DNA of 63,989 nt, filler included, from Phoronis australis (taxonomy: Eukaryota > Animalia > Phoronida), in the NCBI GenBank assembly GCA_002633005.1. It is 9 parts of 9 records of this genome, joined end to end, with 100 filler letters (N's around TTAATTAATTAA, not from the genome) between each part and the next. Parts side by side here need not be neighbours in the genome. Positions count along the whole stretch, not along the records: positions 39,547 to 50,885 come from NMRA01001700.1; positions 50,986 to 55,861 come from NMRA01001954.1; positions 55,962 to 59,966 come from NMRA01002750.1; positions 60,067 to 62,336 come from NMRA01001458.1; positions 62,437 to 63,989 come from NMRA01002484.1; 4 more parts are not named here. The stretch is one strand, 5' to 3'. This document shows, piece after piece, positions 50,472-62,900 of the stretch (its first letter is position 1; each line of letters begins with the position of its first letter). Below the pieces are notes generated by a model. The model saw only the letters and a program-made list of their open reading frames with translations, was not told the origin of the DNA and did not search any database. The position numbers and the translations under genes were made by a program.

Positions 50472-50885
50472 TGTTGTGTATCTTACTTTGTCAAATAAAG
50501 TAGACACTCCATGAACTACGCAGTGAAACGAACAGAATTGAACTGAACACTGAACTGATTTATTCTACATATCATAACAATATATATACACACAACTACA
50601 TAACAACATATGATGCGTTACCTATGACACACTTCCTGTACTAGGAGTCGCATGACATAATACCAATTAAACTACTAAACCCATAAACAATAACAACCTA
50701 CAAACATCCTGTTATTGTGTGACTAAGTACACAACACTCTCCCTCACTAAATATAAAGTAGGCTCTTGTTAAGAAAATAAACTAATCAAATTCACTATAT
50801 CAATTACAAGCACACTAACATATTAGTCATCATATCCAAATCTAACAGGTTGTTTTCTATTCCTTGTTGATCTTCTTAATTCAAC
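50472..50885 (-). mobile_element. 3' end of a Gypsy-like LTR retrotransposon (integrase tail, PPT and 265-bp LTR)
   Basis: LTR 50472-50736 with perfect tgttgtgta/tacacaaca termini; PPT agtgagggagag just inside; VELRRSTRNRKQPVRFGYD* integrase-tail motif. Confidence 0.8.
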
Positions 50886-50985
50886 NNNNNNNNNNNNNNN
50901 NNNNNNNNNNNNNNNNNNNNNNNNNNNNNTTAATTAATTAANNNNNNNNNNNNNNNNNNNNNNNNNNNNNNNNNNNNNNNNNNNN

Positions 50986-51146
50986 GACTTTATAAACAGA
51001 CAGACCACCAAGATCTCTCACTGGACTTTATAGACAGACAGACCACCAAGATCTCTCACTGGACTTTATAAACAGACAGACCACCAAGATCTCTCACTGG
51101 ACTTTACAAACAGACAGACCACCAAGATCTCTCACTGGACTTTATA
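50986..51146. repeat. 38-bp minisatellite, ~4 copies, running into a gap
   Basis: ggactttataaacagacagaccaccaagatctctcact repeated in tandem. Confidence 0.95.
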
Positions 51147-52638
51147 ACAAGATAGACTTAAAAGTAGATTGCCTCTTGGCGACACAAAAGAAATGGGACC
51201 AACATAAAAATGGCAAAGTATTGACCAATATTGAAACAGAATATAATATCTTATGACGATCCACCAACTGGATGGAGCCTGGTATCTGAGACGGACACAA
51301 ACTAAAATTACTAAGAAGCACGACACTAGGGAGCATGCAGCATTCAGGTCTGTCAGACAAATCAAATGTCAGTCCTATCTTTCTTTACAGTTGTCTTATT
51401 CCTAAAGGGGCTTGGCAGATAGAGGACAGAGGTAATGGGTACATAGAACTGCCACTTAGGATGACAAACAAGTTGAAACTATTCAAAAAGGGCAAGTGCC
51501 ATCCGTTTTTTGATCCAAAATTATCTACCAAATTTCCAGAAGATATTTTACAAAGCTTCGTCAATATTTCAGCAAAAGTAAATACTTTTTCAAATTTCCA
51601 CCTGGGACATAGTAATAGCCATATACTTCCAAAAATTAAAGATAGCTAGGCTTCCCATTCTCCTGTACCAAAAACATATCTGTCAATATCAGTACAGAGC
51701 ATATACCCCAGAGTGCCCTGGTAAAGCTCTCCTCAATAGGAGATACAAACATGCAAAGCATAACAAACAGTGTGCTGAATATTTGACAAATATCGAAATG
51801 TCATATTCTGTTGAAGAAAATTGCTTTTAGCCTTCAAGTCATATGAATAGATTTCTGAACTGGATGCACCTAAGCCAAACTTATAAATCAAAACAGGTGG
51901 TGTGTAGAATACTGATTACCATGCACAACAGAACATAGAGATCTATTTGAAACTCAACATCAGTCTTCATCATATCAGGAACATATCTACCTAATATCAA
52001 GATGACCAAACATCGTTATTATTGAACCAGGCACTAAAAATAGAACTCCCAATAAGGGAATACCAGTTGTTGAAAGGTATCCAACACAAAACCAGCATCA
52101 CTCAAGCTCTCTTCATTTAGTCAAATTTCAAAACTTTCCTTCAAACAACGCCATAGATAGATGACATCACAAATGGAATAAAATGCTACTATTGTCAATA
52201 GGGGGAGAAGCAGTAGGCGAATTTAGCCTGAAGACGTGCCCTCATGATATGTTGTGAAAGTGACTGTTGGCATATATTGTGCGCAACTGTTGTGATTTTT
52301 GTCTGAAGCTATTCATATATATCTACAAAACAAAATGTCCCATTCATTATTTTTATCATTTTTCTAGCCACTGATTAAACAAAAATGGCAGATCTGTAGA
52401 CTGATTACCTTGGGCGCTTCTTGTCCTCCATTGTTAGTGATCAAAACTAGACAACATAAGAAGAAATGCCAGCAATCAACAAATTTTTGTCAATGACAAT
52501 AGATGGCACTATATCATGGTGAATCAGAGTTACAATACTAGTCAAACAAACACTAGTCTGTATAACATGAAGTTCTGCACAATTTTTATGCTTGTCTTAA
52601 TTTAAAGGTTCATTGATCACAACTCTTCATTGAAAAAA

Positions 52639-52868
52639 TTAAACTTCACTATCCTCAAACAGCACCCAATTGAGAGGGACATCCCTTTCATCCGTTGGCA
52701 GAGTCTCACAGATCTGCTCCTTGAAGGCCAGGGCAATGGTTGCTGGTCTTCTTGACTGTACCTCGGTTAGGCGGGTCAAGTATTTGTCATAGTATCCTTT
52801 GCCTCGTCCTAAGCGGTCACCAGAGGGGGTGAATGCCAGTCCTGGCATCAGCACCAAATCCAAGCCAC
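52639..52868 (-). CDS. MTHFS: 5-formyltetrahydrofolate cyclo-ligase (methenyltetrahydrofolate synthetase), last coding exon
   Basis: ctttcag| acceptor; GGLDLVLMPGLAFTPSGDRLGRGKGYYDKYL..TIALAFKEQIC..P....D..L..VL, containing the RLGRGKGYYD signature; ends at TAA. Confidence 0.93.
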
Positions 52869-53187
52869 CTGAAAGCATGAATTTCAAATCATGTATATAA
52901 CTAGCGCCTGGGGTCCAATCTTTTTATTTGCAATCAAAAATGTTTTTATCACTTTCTATTCTATTTTTGCGCGAGCTCAACATAATTGTCTATTCTTCTA
53001 AGCTCAAAAAGAACTTCCTAATCTTAGTTTGCCCTTGAAGACCCTGGCATTATGGCTAAAAGTTCGAGTCTGAACTTGAAATTTCGAGTTTTTACTTGAA
53101 ATCTCAATGTTCTTGAATCTATGAATCATCAAGTGGCAACTTGGACTAGAAAGTCATTATATATAATGTACTGGTAAACAAACAAAT

Positions 53188-54050
53188 ATACTCGGGAACC
53201 CAATGGTCGTCCGCCTAAGCATAAAACCGGCTTGTTGTCGTACTCACCCAATTATTCCATTTCAAAGTTATGCTCTGTATAGGATTTGATTTAACTCTTA
53301 CAAATATATAGTATTCGGTGATTCAAACGTTTTCTTTTACTTATGCCGAGTTGTTCAACTGTGCATTGATTTTCGGCAGCCATTTTTATCATGAGTAATG
53401 ACTCCAATGGTCGTCATATGCTGCCGCCTTTTGAATAAACAGGAAACCACACAGAAAAAGACCAAGAAAATAGTGGAAAGTGGTTTACAGCAACTCTACT
53501 TCAACCACAAACCGTTTTACTAGTATGATATCGATTTTTAAATCGATCAAAATTGATTTAGAATTTCAGTTCTGGAAAATAAATCGCAATTGTTTTATTC
53601 CAGATAGACCTTACTTATTTTGTATNATATCGATTTTTAAATCGATTAAAATTGATTTAGAATTTCAGTTCTGGAAAATAAATCACAATTGTTTTATTCC
53701 AGATAGACCTTGCTTATTTTGTATTTGTGACCTCTTTGACTTTTTGCTCTTGTTGTTCTTAACACCACTTATCTCTGCTGTCCTTCTTTTTCTTTTCGGT
53801 TTCTCTTCATTCTCTGTTAACATCTTGTCAGCCAAAACAGAACTGTAACCCTTTGAGACTAGGTCGGCGGAAGTTGATCATTGAACCTCGATACAATTGT
53901 TCTAATAAATTACCCATAATCGTATTGTTTGATTTTTTTCTCATCTTTAACAGGCTTCTGCAATCATAAATAAATAACTAAATACCCAAGTTGCATTTGA
54001 ATTTTATTGCTCAATATCTTCTTTTATTTTTGATTATGTCATGCTGTGTT
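53188..54050. repeat. Interspersed repeat, inverted copy at 60067-60822
   Basis: atactcgggaacccaatggtcgtccgcctaagc... matches the reverse of 60067-60822 over ~750 bp. Confidence 0.85.
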
Positions 54051-55274
54051 GTATGTAACAATGCATTATAGTGAAATAAAGTCAATGTTTTACTTTATTG
54101 GTGGCCATTCTCTATCAATTCAAGTATTTTAATTTCCTTCAAATAAATTCAAAATGCTTTGACCAAAAATTTCAACATAAATGTTGAGCTCAGTACTTTG
54201 TTTTGCAATAAAAAAACAAGTGGACAATATTTTGATGACCAAGGCGTGGGCCGAAACTGTTAAAGCACCCAGCGTGTTCCATTTGTCTGCTGCGTTTTTC
54301 CTTTGGCCTAACAGGTGTCGGTTAGTGCCTGGGACAAATAGATACATAACATAAACAATCCATGGGTTGCTTTTTGTTCCTTCTGAAGAAAATTTAATTT
54401 CGAAAATATCTTCTGAAAATGAACAAAAAAGTGCATTAGTAAAATCTACAAGTTTTTAAGTGGTCTCAAAAAATAGTCGGTAAATGCATTAATTTTAATC
54501 TCACTTCTTCCATGCGTGTTTCTCCCGAGAGGTTAGTACCTAACGTGCAGACGAGCACTCCAAACTGGAACGCTAAGTCCCGCGTGGCTGCGCTGCACGC
54601 GAAAGAAGATGGCGGACGACCTTTGGAGCCTGACGACGATAGGTATCCGGACTATACACTCAAATGAACCATACATATAGGAACATGGAGTTTTAATTAA
54701 CACATACCATGACTCTGGATACAATTTAGTCAGCAAAACTTGAACAAATCGATGAAAATCTGTCGCGGTTTGCTCGAGTTTCTCTTACCGGGTTCCATTT
54801 TGAGAAAGTGAAATCACGCATGTTGACGAATAAAAAGTCCAAGGGACACATGTCTTACAAATTTCAACTGATGCCTTCTCACACTATTTTGCAAGTGTCA
54901 CGCGCTTGTGTCACGCGCTTTGGCGCTCAGTATCGCGCTGGCCTTTGCCTAACTCACGTGACTCAGTTGACCTACTTAAGGTTATCACGCGCGTGGTGAA
55001 AAAGTTAACGATAACTAAAAAAGTGGAGTTGGAATTCTTCGCCAAAGTCACCTTAATTCTCACAACTAAACTTCATCGAAAGTATGTATAGAAGTAAAAA
55101 GGACCAATGAGGAAAGTAAGCGCTTTTCATTTTAAGTGATAATTTTAAGTGTGGAATGTATTTTTGACGAGGTGAAAACTAAAAATCGGTGACCGGATTT
55201 GGGTTACCGCCCGTTTAAAATACGTGTATCGAAATGCGTACAGAAAGCGAATGGAAGTATTGTAGCCCCTATAA

Positions 55275-55861
55275 TATTTCCTTCAGGAGGGCATGTTAGT
55301 CGAACTTGCCGATGACATCTATTGTGGCGGCGAGTACCCAGAGGAACTTGCGTCTAACTGGAAACGAGTTCTCCATGCCTTGCACGCGTGTGATCTCAAG
55401 TTGTCTGCCTCAAAAACCATTATTTGCCCTAAGTCGACGACCATATTTGGTTGTATATGGACACAGGGACGACTCTCAGCTAGCCCACACCGAATGGCTA
55501 CTCTGGTCATGCAGGAGCCCCCTGTCACTGTGAAGCAGATGAGATCCTTCATTGGTGCCTATAAAATGCTAGGCCGCGTCCTTCCTCATTGCTCCCACGT
55601 TTTAGCTCCCCTAGATAGAGCAATCGCTGGTTTAGACTCCTGTGATAAAGTGAAATGGTCCGATGAACTACATCAACACTTCAGTGCTGCCAAAATAGCA
55701 AGCCAATCACCTTACCTCTACCCGATGACCGTCTTTGGATAGTGACAGATGGTTCAGTGTCTAAGCAGGGTATTGGCGCTACCTTTTGCTTGTCACGTGA
55801 TAACAAGACTGCTCGCCGGTTTCTTCAGGGCCAACACCAAGTTACATGGTTACCTTGTGAG
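55275..55861 (+). mobile_element. Gypsy-like pol fragment (RT palm/thumb to RNase H), frameshifted
   Basis: LADDIYCGG..LKLSASKT..PPVTVKQMRSFIGAY..LWIVTDGS..GIGA..WLPCE. Confidence 0.85.
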
Positions 55862-55961
55862 NNNNNNNNNNNNNNNNNNNNNNNNNNNNNNNNNNNNNNN
55901 NNNNNTTAATTAATTAANNNNNNNNNNNNNNNNNNNNNNNNNNNNNNNNNNNNNNNNNNNN

Positions 55962-56310
55962 GGACTATCTCTTTAAAATTTTCGTTCAAGGGATAGCAGT
56001 GAAATAAACTCATATTGTTCACCTTATTAGCGCCAAACTCCTCTCTTATAAGTGTACCATTGGTTGTTTCGAAAGTAGTGAAACAGTTGCCATCGTTTGT
56101 ATCTTGTTTAAATCCAGGGGATGCCCATTCGGCCAATCCATTGGGCTTGTGTAGAGTTTCACGAGTACGAGCACAACTGCACAACTCTTTCACTTCTTCG
56201 CTCTGTCTTCCCGTAGTTCTCAAGTTAAAGTGGAGAAGGACGATGTGAAGTACAACCAGTACGATTATCGCCGTTAGAGGCCGCTTTTGAAGGCATGTTG
56301 CTATCCACAT
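55962..56310 (-). CDS. First coding exon of a type II membrane protein (Golgi glycosyltransferase-like topology), truncated by a linker
   Basis: ttcag|tgacaATG start; short basic N-terminus, hydrophobic PLTAIIVLVVLHIVLLHF segment, Cys-containing stem; frame open to the contig end. A putative 5' UTR donor (tag|gtgagc) lies at 56575. Confidence 0.6.
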
Positions 56311-56706
56311 TGTCACTGAAATGGCAACCCAACAATATCAAATATAAATTAACATCAGCACTTCCACAAATGTAAATTTCAATAGCAATTATATCAATTA
56401 CTTTTTGCAAGGACACTAGATGTACACTATGAACCTCTTTGTCTTCTTGCACGGTTTGCTGCATTCATAGTCAACAAAAATGATTCAGAAAATCGCGCAA
56501 TAACCGCGAGGAAAAAACCGTCGCGATTCCTGTTATTGATACAAAAACCCATCTCCATATATATATTTTGCTCACCTAGACCTGTTAGTATTAAAGAGAT
56601 GCACCAAATAACAACAATGACGTCAAATTGTCACATGTCACATCACACTCCCTGCTGACAGTGTTAAACAATGAAACCACTTCGCCCGGTCTTATCGATC
56701 ACTCCC

Positions 56707-56710
<4 letters not shown>

Positions 56711-56765
<55 letters not shown>
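56711..56765. repeat. (TG)n microsatellite
   Basis: Directly visible. Confidence 0.98.
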
Positions 56766-57873
56766 TGTATATTTCAGCCGGTTGTCTACTAACAATTGGG
56801 AGTGGTTGCTATGTTTCCAGACCAGCTGCAATCACTGGAAATAAATATAAACGTACGTCTCGACACGACACGTCATTAAAGAGTTAGAGCAAGAAATGCT
56901 TGCACTGCAAGAAAAACTATACGTGACGTCGAAACTACCACCCGAAAAACAAAACTGTGAAAATAACAGTATTTAGACTAAGCAATGAAAAACACAGTAT
57001 GCCGGGGCATAGTTTTTTAAAGCGGAATTAAACCCATGCTTTATATGAAAATCAAGTTTTTGTTTAGGTCACCTGCCGTTTTGATATCATCCTTATCTTG
57101 TTCGTTAACGTTTAAAAGTGATTTCTATGTTCGGGAAGAGATAGCGAACTGCACAATTCGTTATTTTTTCACACCATGACATGAAAGGAATTTAGGAACT
57201 TGGTCTGACTGAACTGTTACACTGTAGCTCTTTCCATGACCACATATTTTAAATAAGGATCAATTTGAGAGCAAAGCTTGTCTTTATCGGCACGCATTAA
57301 AATGGGTTTTGTCGTCAATCACGAACTGGTCGATAGCTAACAGGCAATTATTTGAAACGTACACCAGAATGTTTGGCAGAAAAGTCAAGTTGTACGTTTG
57401 CAAGACATGAGCTAGTATACATGATGTAAAACTGTCTATTTCTTTGCGCATGACAGCAAAATTGGGGACTTTTCGATCGATAACAATTTCCTCCGGCGAA
57501 TGAATTCCGAAAACTTCATTGAACCCTTTGAAATATGTGAAGAAACAAATCTGTGCATAGACATTCCCATCAGTTGCACTATTTATCACGTAATTGTCGC
57601 TTTCATTGGTCTCTTTGAAAAGTCAGTCACGTGTACCCACAATGCATCGACACATTTTTCGTCTTTACTTGTATAAACGGAATTTAGGTTTATGTGCTGA
57701 ACAAATCTCTGTAAATGCTGTTGCTGCCCAGTATAGCTTTTGTCAGTGCACGTACACGCGCAAGAGTACGTGTCTGAACTCTGTCCAGGCGGACCGTGAT
57801 ATCAATGAGACAACAGATTCGCAACTCCGGCATATTCTTACCACAGGCGCTTGGATTTATCGCAAATGACGTC

Positions 57874-57876
<3 letters not shown>

Positions 57877-57913
<37 letters not shown>
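57877..57913. repeat. (TA)n microsatellite
   Basis: Directly visible. Confidence 0.98.
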
Positions 57914-57915
<2 letters not shown>

Positions 57916-58160
57916 AAAACATAAAGGTTGGACACTCGAAATCTGTTTAGCCGAGGCTCCCAACTTCACCCGTCCAAAATCCAAATAAAATCTGCGTGCA
58001 CCTCCCTTAGCCTTCTGGTATTGCATAATTATTCGAAGCCTTATCTTTCCTAGATCCCATTAACTGTCTTCGTGAGTGGTGAATTGGCGATGGAATTTCC
58101 AAAACAATCTCAAAACTCTGAATTCAAGGACCTGAAATAGTAAACATGGCGGATTTCAGT

Positions 58161-59966
58161 TGTGCTTCATAGAGAATAGTTTACGTGACACGCGATTGCG
58201 CTCTCGTGTCACGCCAGCTATTAAGGCGTCCTCACGTTTGCGCAGTACATTTCTACACAAAACCAGTTAAGTGCTGGTGAGTTCTTTTATTTGTCTATTT
58301 TCTGGCGCATACGTGTATTAGCCGTTATTATTAGTTATCATTCGTTGTTTATAGAGAGTTCAATTCACAGTATTTGTATATTCATTTTGTATGTTTCAGA
58401 CGGACATTCGTCTTGCTTAATAAAGCATCGTTAGAAAAACCCGAGGGTTATTGTCTATGTCCGTCAGCACTGGAAATGCCGTCAATTCCGTGCCCATACC
58501 CGGGATGTTCATATACAACCGGAGAAAACGACGTGGGCCTGGCCATCGAATTACTAAAAATACACGGCCTCATTCACACAGCACCACAGACCCCGTGTGC
58601 CGGTGCCGCCAAAGTGGAAAGAGTCAGCCGCCCACAGATAACTGCAGAAATCAGCGATGCAGACTGGCAATACTTCACAACAAGATGGGACGAATATGTC
58701 CAGGCCACTGGTATTTCAGGGACAACAGAAGTGCTACAACTATTAGAATGCTGTGACGAGAAACTACGCAGATTTGACACGAAACACAATTGGGAACCTC
58801 ACATCAAAGAGCACTGACCAGGTCTTGGCTTCCATCACGAAACTCGCCGTCCGCGAAGAAGCGCCAATGGTAGCACGAGCACAATTACATACCTTAACCC
58901 AAGATCACGATGAACCAGTTCGCGCATTTTGTGCACGTGTACGAGGTCAAGCAACGATCTGCCAGTACTCTCTTCCATGCCCGTCATGCAATACAACAGT
59001 AGACTACACAGATTCAATCACCACAGACATCGTAAGTCAGGGCCTCGCGGATAAAGATATCCAGCTTGACTTACTAGGCGACACAAACCAATCTCCTACA
59101 CTTGAAGAGGTATTATCCTTCGTCGAAAAGAAAGAGTCGGGAAAGCGATCGGCCACACGTCTCGCTGGTTCCCATCAGATAAACGCAAGCATACGTAGCA
59201 CGTATCAAAAGCAAATAAAAGATTCGCACACCAAGGCACCTTACAGGCCTTTATCAACAAACAAACCCACCGACAATAACGAGATCTGCTCTTACTGTGG
59301 CCAGTCAGGACACGGAAAAAAAGCACCAGCTCGCATCCGCCAAATCCACTGCCCAGCATTCGGACACGACTGTGAAAAATGCCACATAAAAAACCACATT
59401 GCCAGCATGTGCCGAGGAGGTCGCCGTCCCGAAAACTTTAGAACCAACACCCATCGGAGTAACGCATCCTTTGACCAGCTGCATACTGTTTCTAACAAAC
59501 AACAGATCTGCTTAGACCACCACATCTTTGACCACATCACCGAGACCTGGTTGAAGAACAAATCTATGCCACAACCCACAATAACACTAGACATGAAGCT
59601 TGCCAAAATGACTACAGTTTATTGGGCACTCAATCGAACACCACCAAAGCTCAAGTAACAAAAATAGAATGCATAGCAGACACAGGATGCCAAAGCTGTC
59701 TGTCCGGCGTACATGGCCTCAAATACCTTGGCCTGTCTGAGACCAACCTGATACCAGTAACTATGAGCATGAAAGCGGCTAACAATGACAAAATCAAGAT
59801 CCTAGGAGCAATAATCGTCCACCTATCTAGTATCAACAAGCCGGAGCACACCACTAAACAGATAGTCTACATATCAAACTCCATCGACAAGTTTTTTCTT
59901 AGTAGACAAGCCTGTCTCGCACTGAGTATTATAAGTGAAAACTTCCCCTCCGTTGGCGAATGTATG
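58161..59966 (+). mobile_element. 5' part of a Gypsy (Mag-like) LTR retrotransposon: probable LTR, gag and aspartic protease, two frameshifts
   Basis: ATG at 58476: MPSIPCP..DWQYFTTRWDEY; QDHDEPVRAF.ARVRG; CSYCG..H..CPAFGHDCEKC..KNH..MC zinc knuckles; IADTGCQSC protease motif. A putative LTR at ~58161-58470 contains aataaa and is followed by tgg. Confidence 0.85.
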
Positions 59967-62900
59967 NNNNNNNNNNNNNNNNNNNNNNNNNNNNNNNNNN
60001 NNNNNNNNNNTTAATTAATTAANNNNNNNNNNNNNNNNNNNNNNNNNNNNNNNNNNNNNNNNNNNNACAACACAGCATGACATAATCAAAAATAAAAGAA
60101 GAGATTGAGCAATAAAATACAAATACAACTTGGGTATTTATATATGATTGCAAAAGCCTGTTAAAGGTGAGAAAAAATCAAACAATACGATATTGGGTAA
60201 TTTATTAGACCAATTGTATCGAGGTTCAATGATCAACTTGCACCGACCAAAGTCTCAAAGGGTTACAGTTATGTTTTAGCTGACAAGGTGCTAACAGAGA
60301 ATGAAGAAAAACTGAAAAGAAAAAGAAAGACAGCAGAGATAAGTGGTGTTAAGAATAACATGAGCAAAAACTCAAATAAAGAGGACACCAATAGAAAATA
60401 AGTAAGGTCTATCTGGAATAAAGAAATTGCGATTTATTTTCCAGAACTTAATTTCTAAATCAATTTTAATCGATCTAAAAATCGATATCATACTAGTAAA
60501 GCAGTTTGTGGTCGAAGTAGAATTGCTGTAAACCACTTTCCACTATTTTCTTGGCCTTTTTCTGTGTTGTTTTCTGTTCTTTCAAAAGGCGGCAGCATAT
60601 GACGACCATAGGATTCATTATAAAATGGCTGCCGAAAAGCAATGCACAGTTGAACAACTCGGCGTAAGTAAGAGAAAACGTTTGAATCAACGAATACTAT
60701 ATATTTGTGAGAGTTAAATCAAATCCTATTCAGACCATAACTTTGAAGTTGAATAATTGGGTGAGTACGACAACAAGCCGGTTTTATGCTTAGGCGGACG
60801 ACCATTGGGTTCCCGAGTATACTGTCAACCAACTAGTTTTTTGGCAATTCTTGCTTGTTTGAGCCAATTTCTCGGTCGCTACCCAACAATGCACAATTGC
60901 AGCCGGGGGCTGCCATCTTGAAGAAGAGTGCAGCTACAGCCAAGAAAGTGGCTTTTTTATTCACACCATGTTCACAAATACAAACAAACCACATTCACTG
61001 AGCCTACGTGCAATGCCCACCTACAAGATATATGGCACGATATAGGGTAAAGTGAAAACGCGCATTTTAAAATGTGTCGGTTTTTGACGGTGAAATCGAC
61101 ACATTTCGTTTCTTAACTAAAACCCGCAAAAACTTGCTGATTAAACAGCGATCACCTACTGGATCGTCACTTTCTGGCAGCGGGACAGCGGGCGCGAATT
61201 TCTTCCAGTTGGACGGTCCTCCGCCAACCGTAGGCCTAATGGATACGTGGCCGTAGGGCAGCCGGTCAGGCCTTTCAGTATGTGGACCGCTCCAGATGCC
61301 ATACTGAGAGATCACATAAAATATATATGCCGGTCGGCACTTAGTCCGCGACATCACGACCGCCAACGCAGGGACAGACCGGACTGCCAGCGCTCCGCCA
61401 TCGGCACCGCAGACTCCGCAAACTGCAGGACTTGACCCCATGGACCGCCGTGTGGGGAGTTTTCAAAGCAACGTTTCTGAAACCGACACAAATGGCCAAT
61501 AATCGNTCTCTACGATCTCTGAATAGCCCCATTACATCGTGTGTTGGCGGCACAGAATAGAAGGTAGGCCTACTGAACTCAGGAAGTCCTTTCAGAATTT
61601 TGGCAAACCATGGGCAAACTGAATCCGCAGTCGGCCCGAGCGGCTTCGATCGACCCGCGCAAGTAAATCAAAGTAGCATTAGTCTTGGCTAAAATGCATG
61701 TAAACCAATTTTTGAAGTCACTAGTATTATTGTCAAGCTCAGTTCAAAATTGCCAGTGAAATCCTCGGTCGTGGGACCGGACCAAACCATGAAAAACAAA
61801 AGTTTAGATCAAAACTGAATCATGTCCGACTCGAGTCGACGCTTGCAAATCGCCGAAAGGTGGCGGGAAAATCAGTGAACCAAGGAAGCAAGGAGGCAAG
61901 GAAGCGGCGTGCGAACGGATACTGGGTAAGGAGCTCCAGCCAGGTAAAAATTGTCTGCATAACCATACTTTATTTAAAAACTAAAACAAGTAACAAGCGA
62001 ACATAAATGTTTGACACCAACGATACACTCAAATGACTTGCACGGCATCTTGAATATGCGTTCGAGGCATTGAAAAAATACGAATGGCCGACATAGTCTG
62101 ATCTGATGAGTAAGCCACAGTTTGCTAGTTCAGACCACAGGCGTCCTCAGCTTCTGATCGTCCCCAATACACTACATATAATACTACAAGGTATGACACT
62201 TCGGACTTGAAATTCCACGGGTGCTTCACTTGAGCCGTCCATAGCAAACATAAAACTCATTAAATTTGCACAAAACAGGGGTTCAACAAACCATGAAGAA
62301 TTGTTCTTTCTCCCAATACCATTCACGGTGTCCTGTNNNNNNNNNNNNNNNNNNNNNNNNNNNNNNNNNNNNNNNNNNNNTTAATTAATTAANNNNNNNN
62401 NNNNNNNNNNNNNNNNNNNNNNNNNNNNNNNNNNNNTGGACCTGAATTCTTTGATCAAAATGTTTCGTTACAAGATTAGAAAAGCGTAAACAGTGCTATC
62501 GAGTCGACCTAGTCAGAGACTATAGAGTATGTGTTGTCTGTAATCTATGACCTACTTTACTCCAGGAGTCCCACCAGTTGTGACCTACTTTTCATTTGGG
62601 GAAATTTAGCAGACGACAGAATAAAAATAATGGTGAATCTTCACTGATTTTATTCGAAAGATCATGAAATCTATGGAATCGTACAGATAATTCGACTTTA
62701 AGGTACATACCCAGCTTTACATGAACATATCGTATCAGTGGCCTTGTCATTCGTCAGGCGAAGGTGGCCCCGAGGCCGAGGGGTTCTTCGGATTTTCGCT
62801 GGCTCCTCGAACACTTATTTTTTCATCGTCACCTTTACAAATTCCCATATCATGAACGTACGATTCTCTGTTGAAAAGCATCGCCTCTTGTCTCTGTCGA

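Noticed and set aside
50986-51146. 38-bp repeats as a CRISPR array
   Set aside because: No spacers; a simple tandem repeat.
53528-53725. ~98-bp tandem duplication
   Set aside because: It is joined at a single n and absent from the inverted paralog at 60067-60822, so it is probably a contig-overlap artifact.
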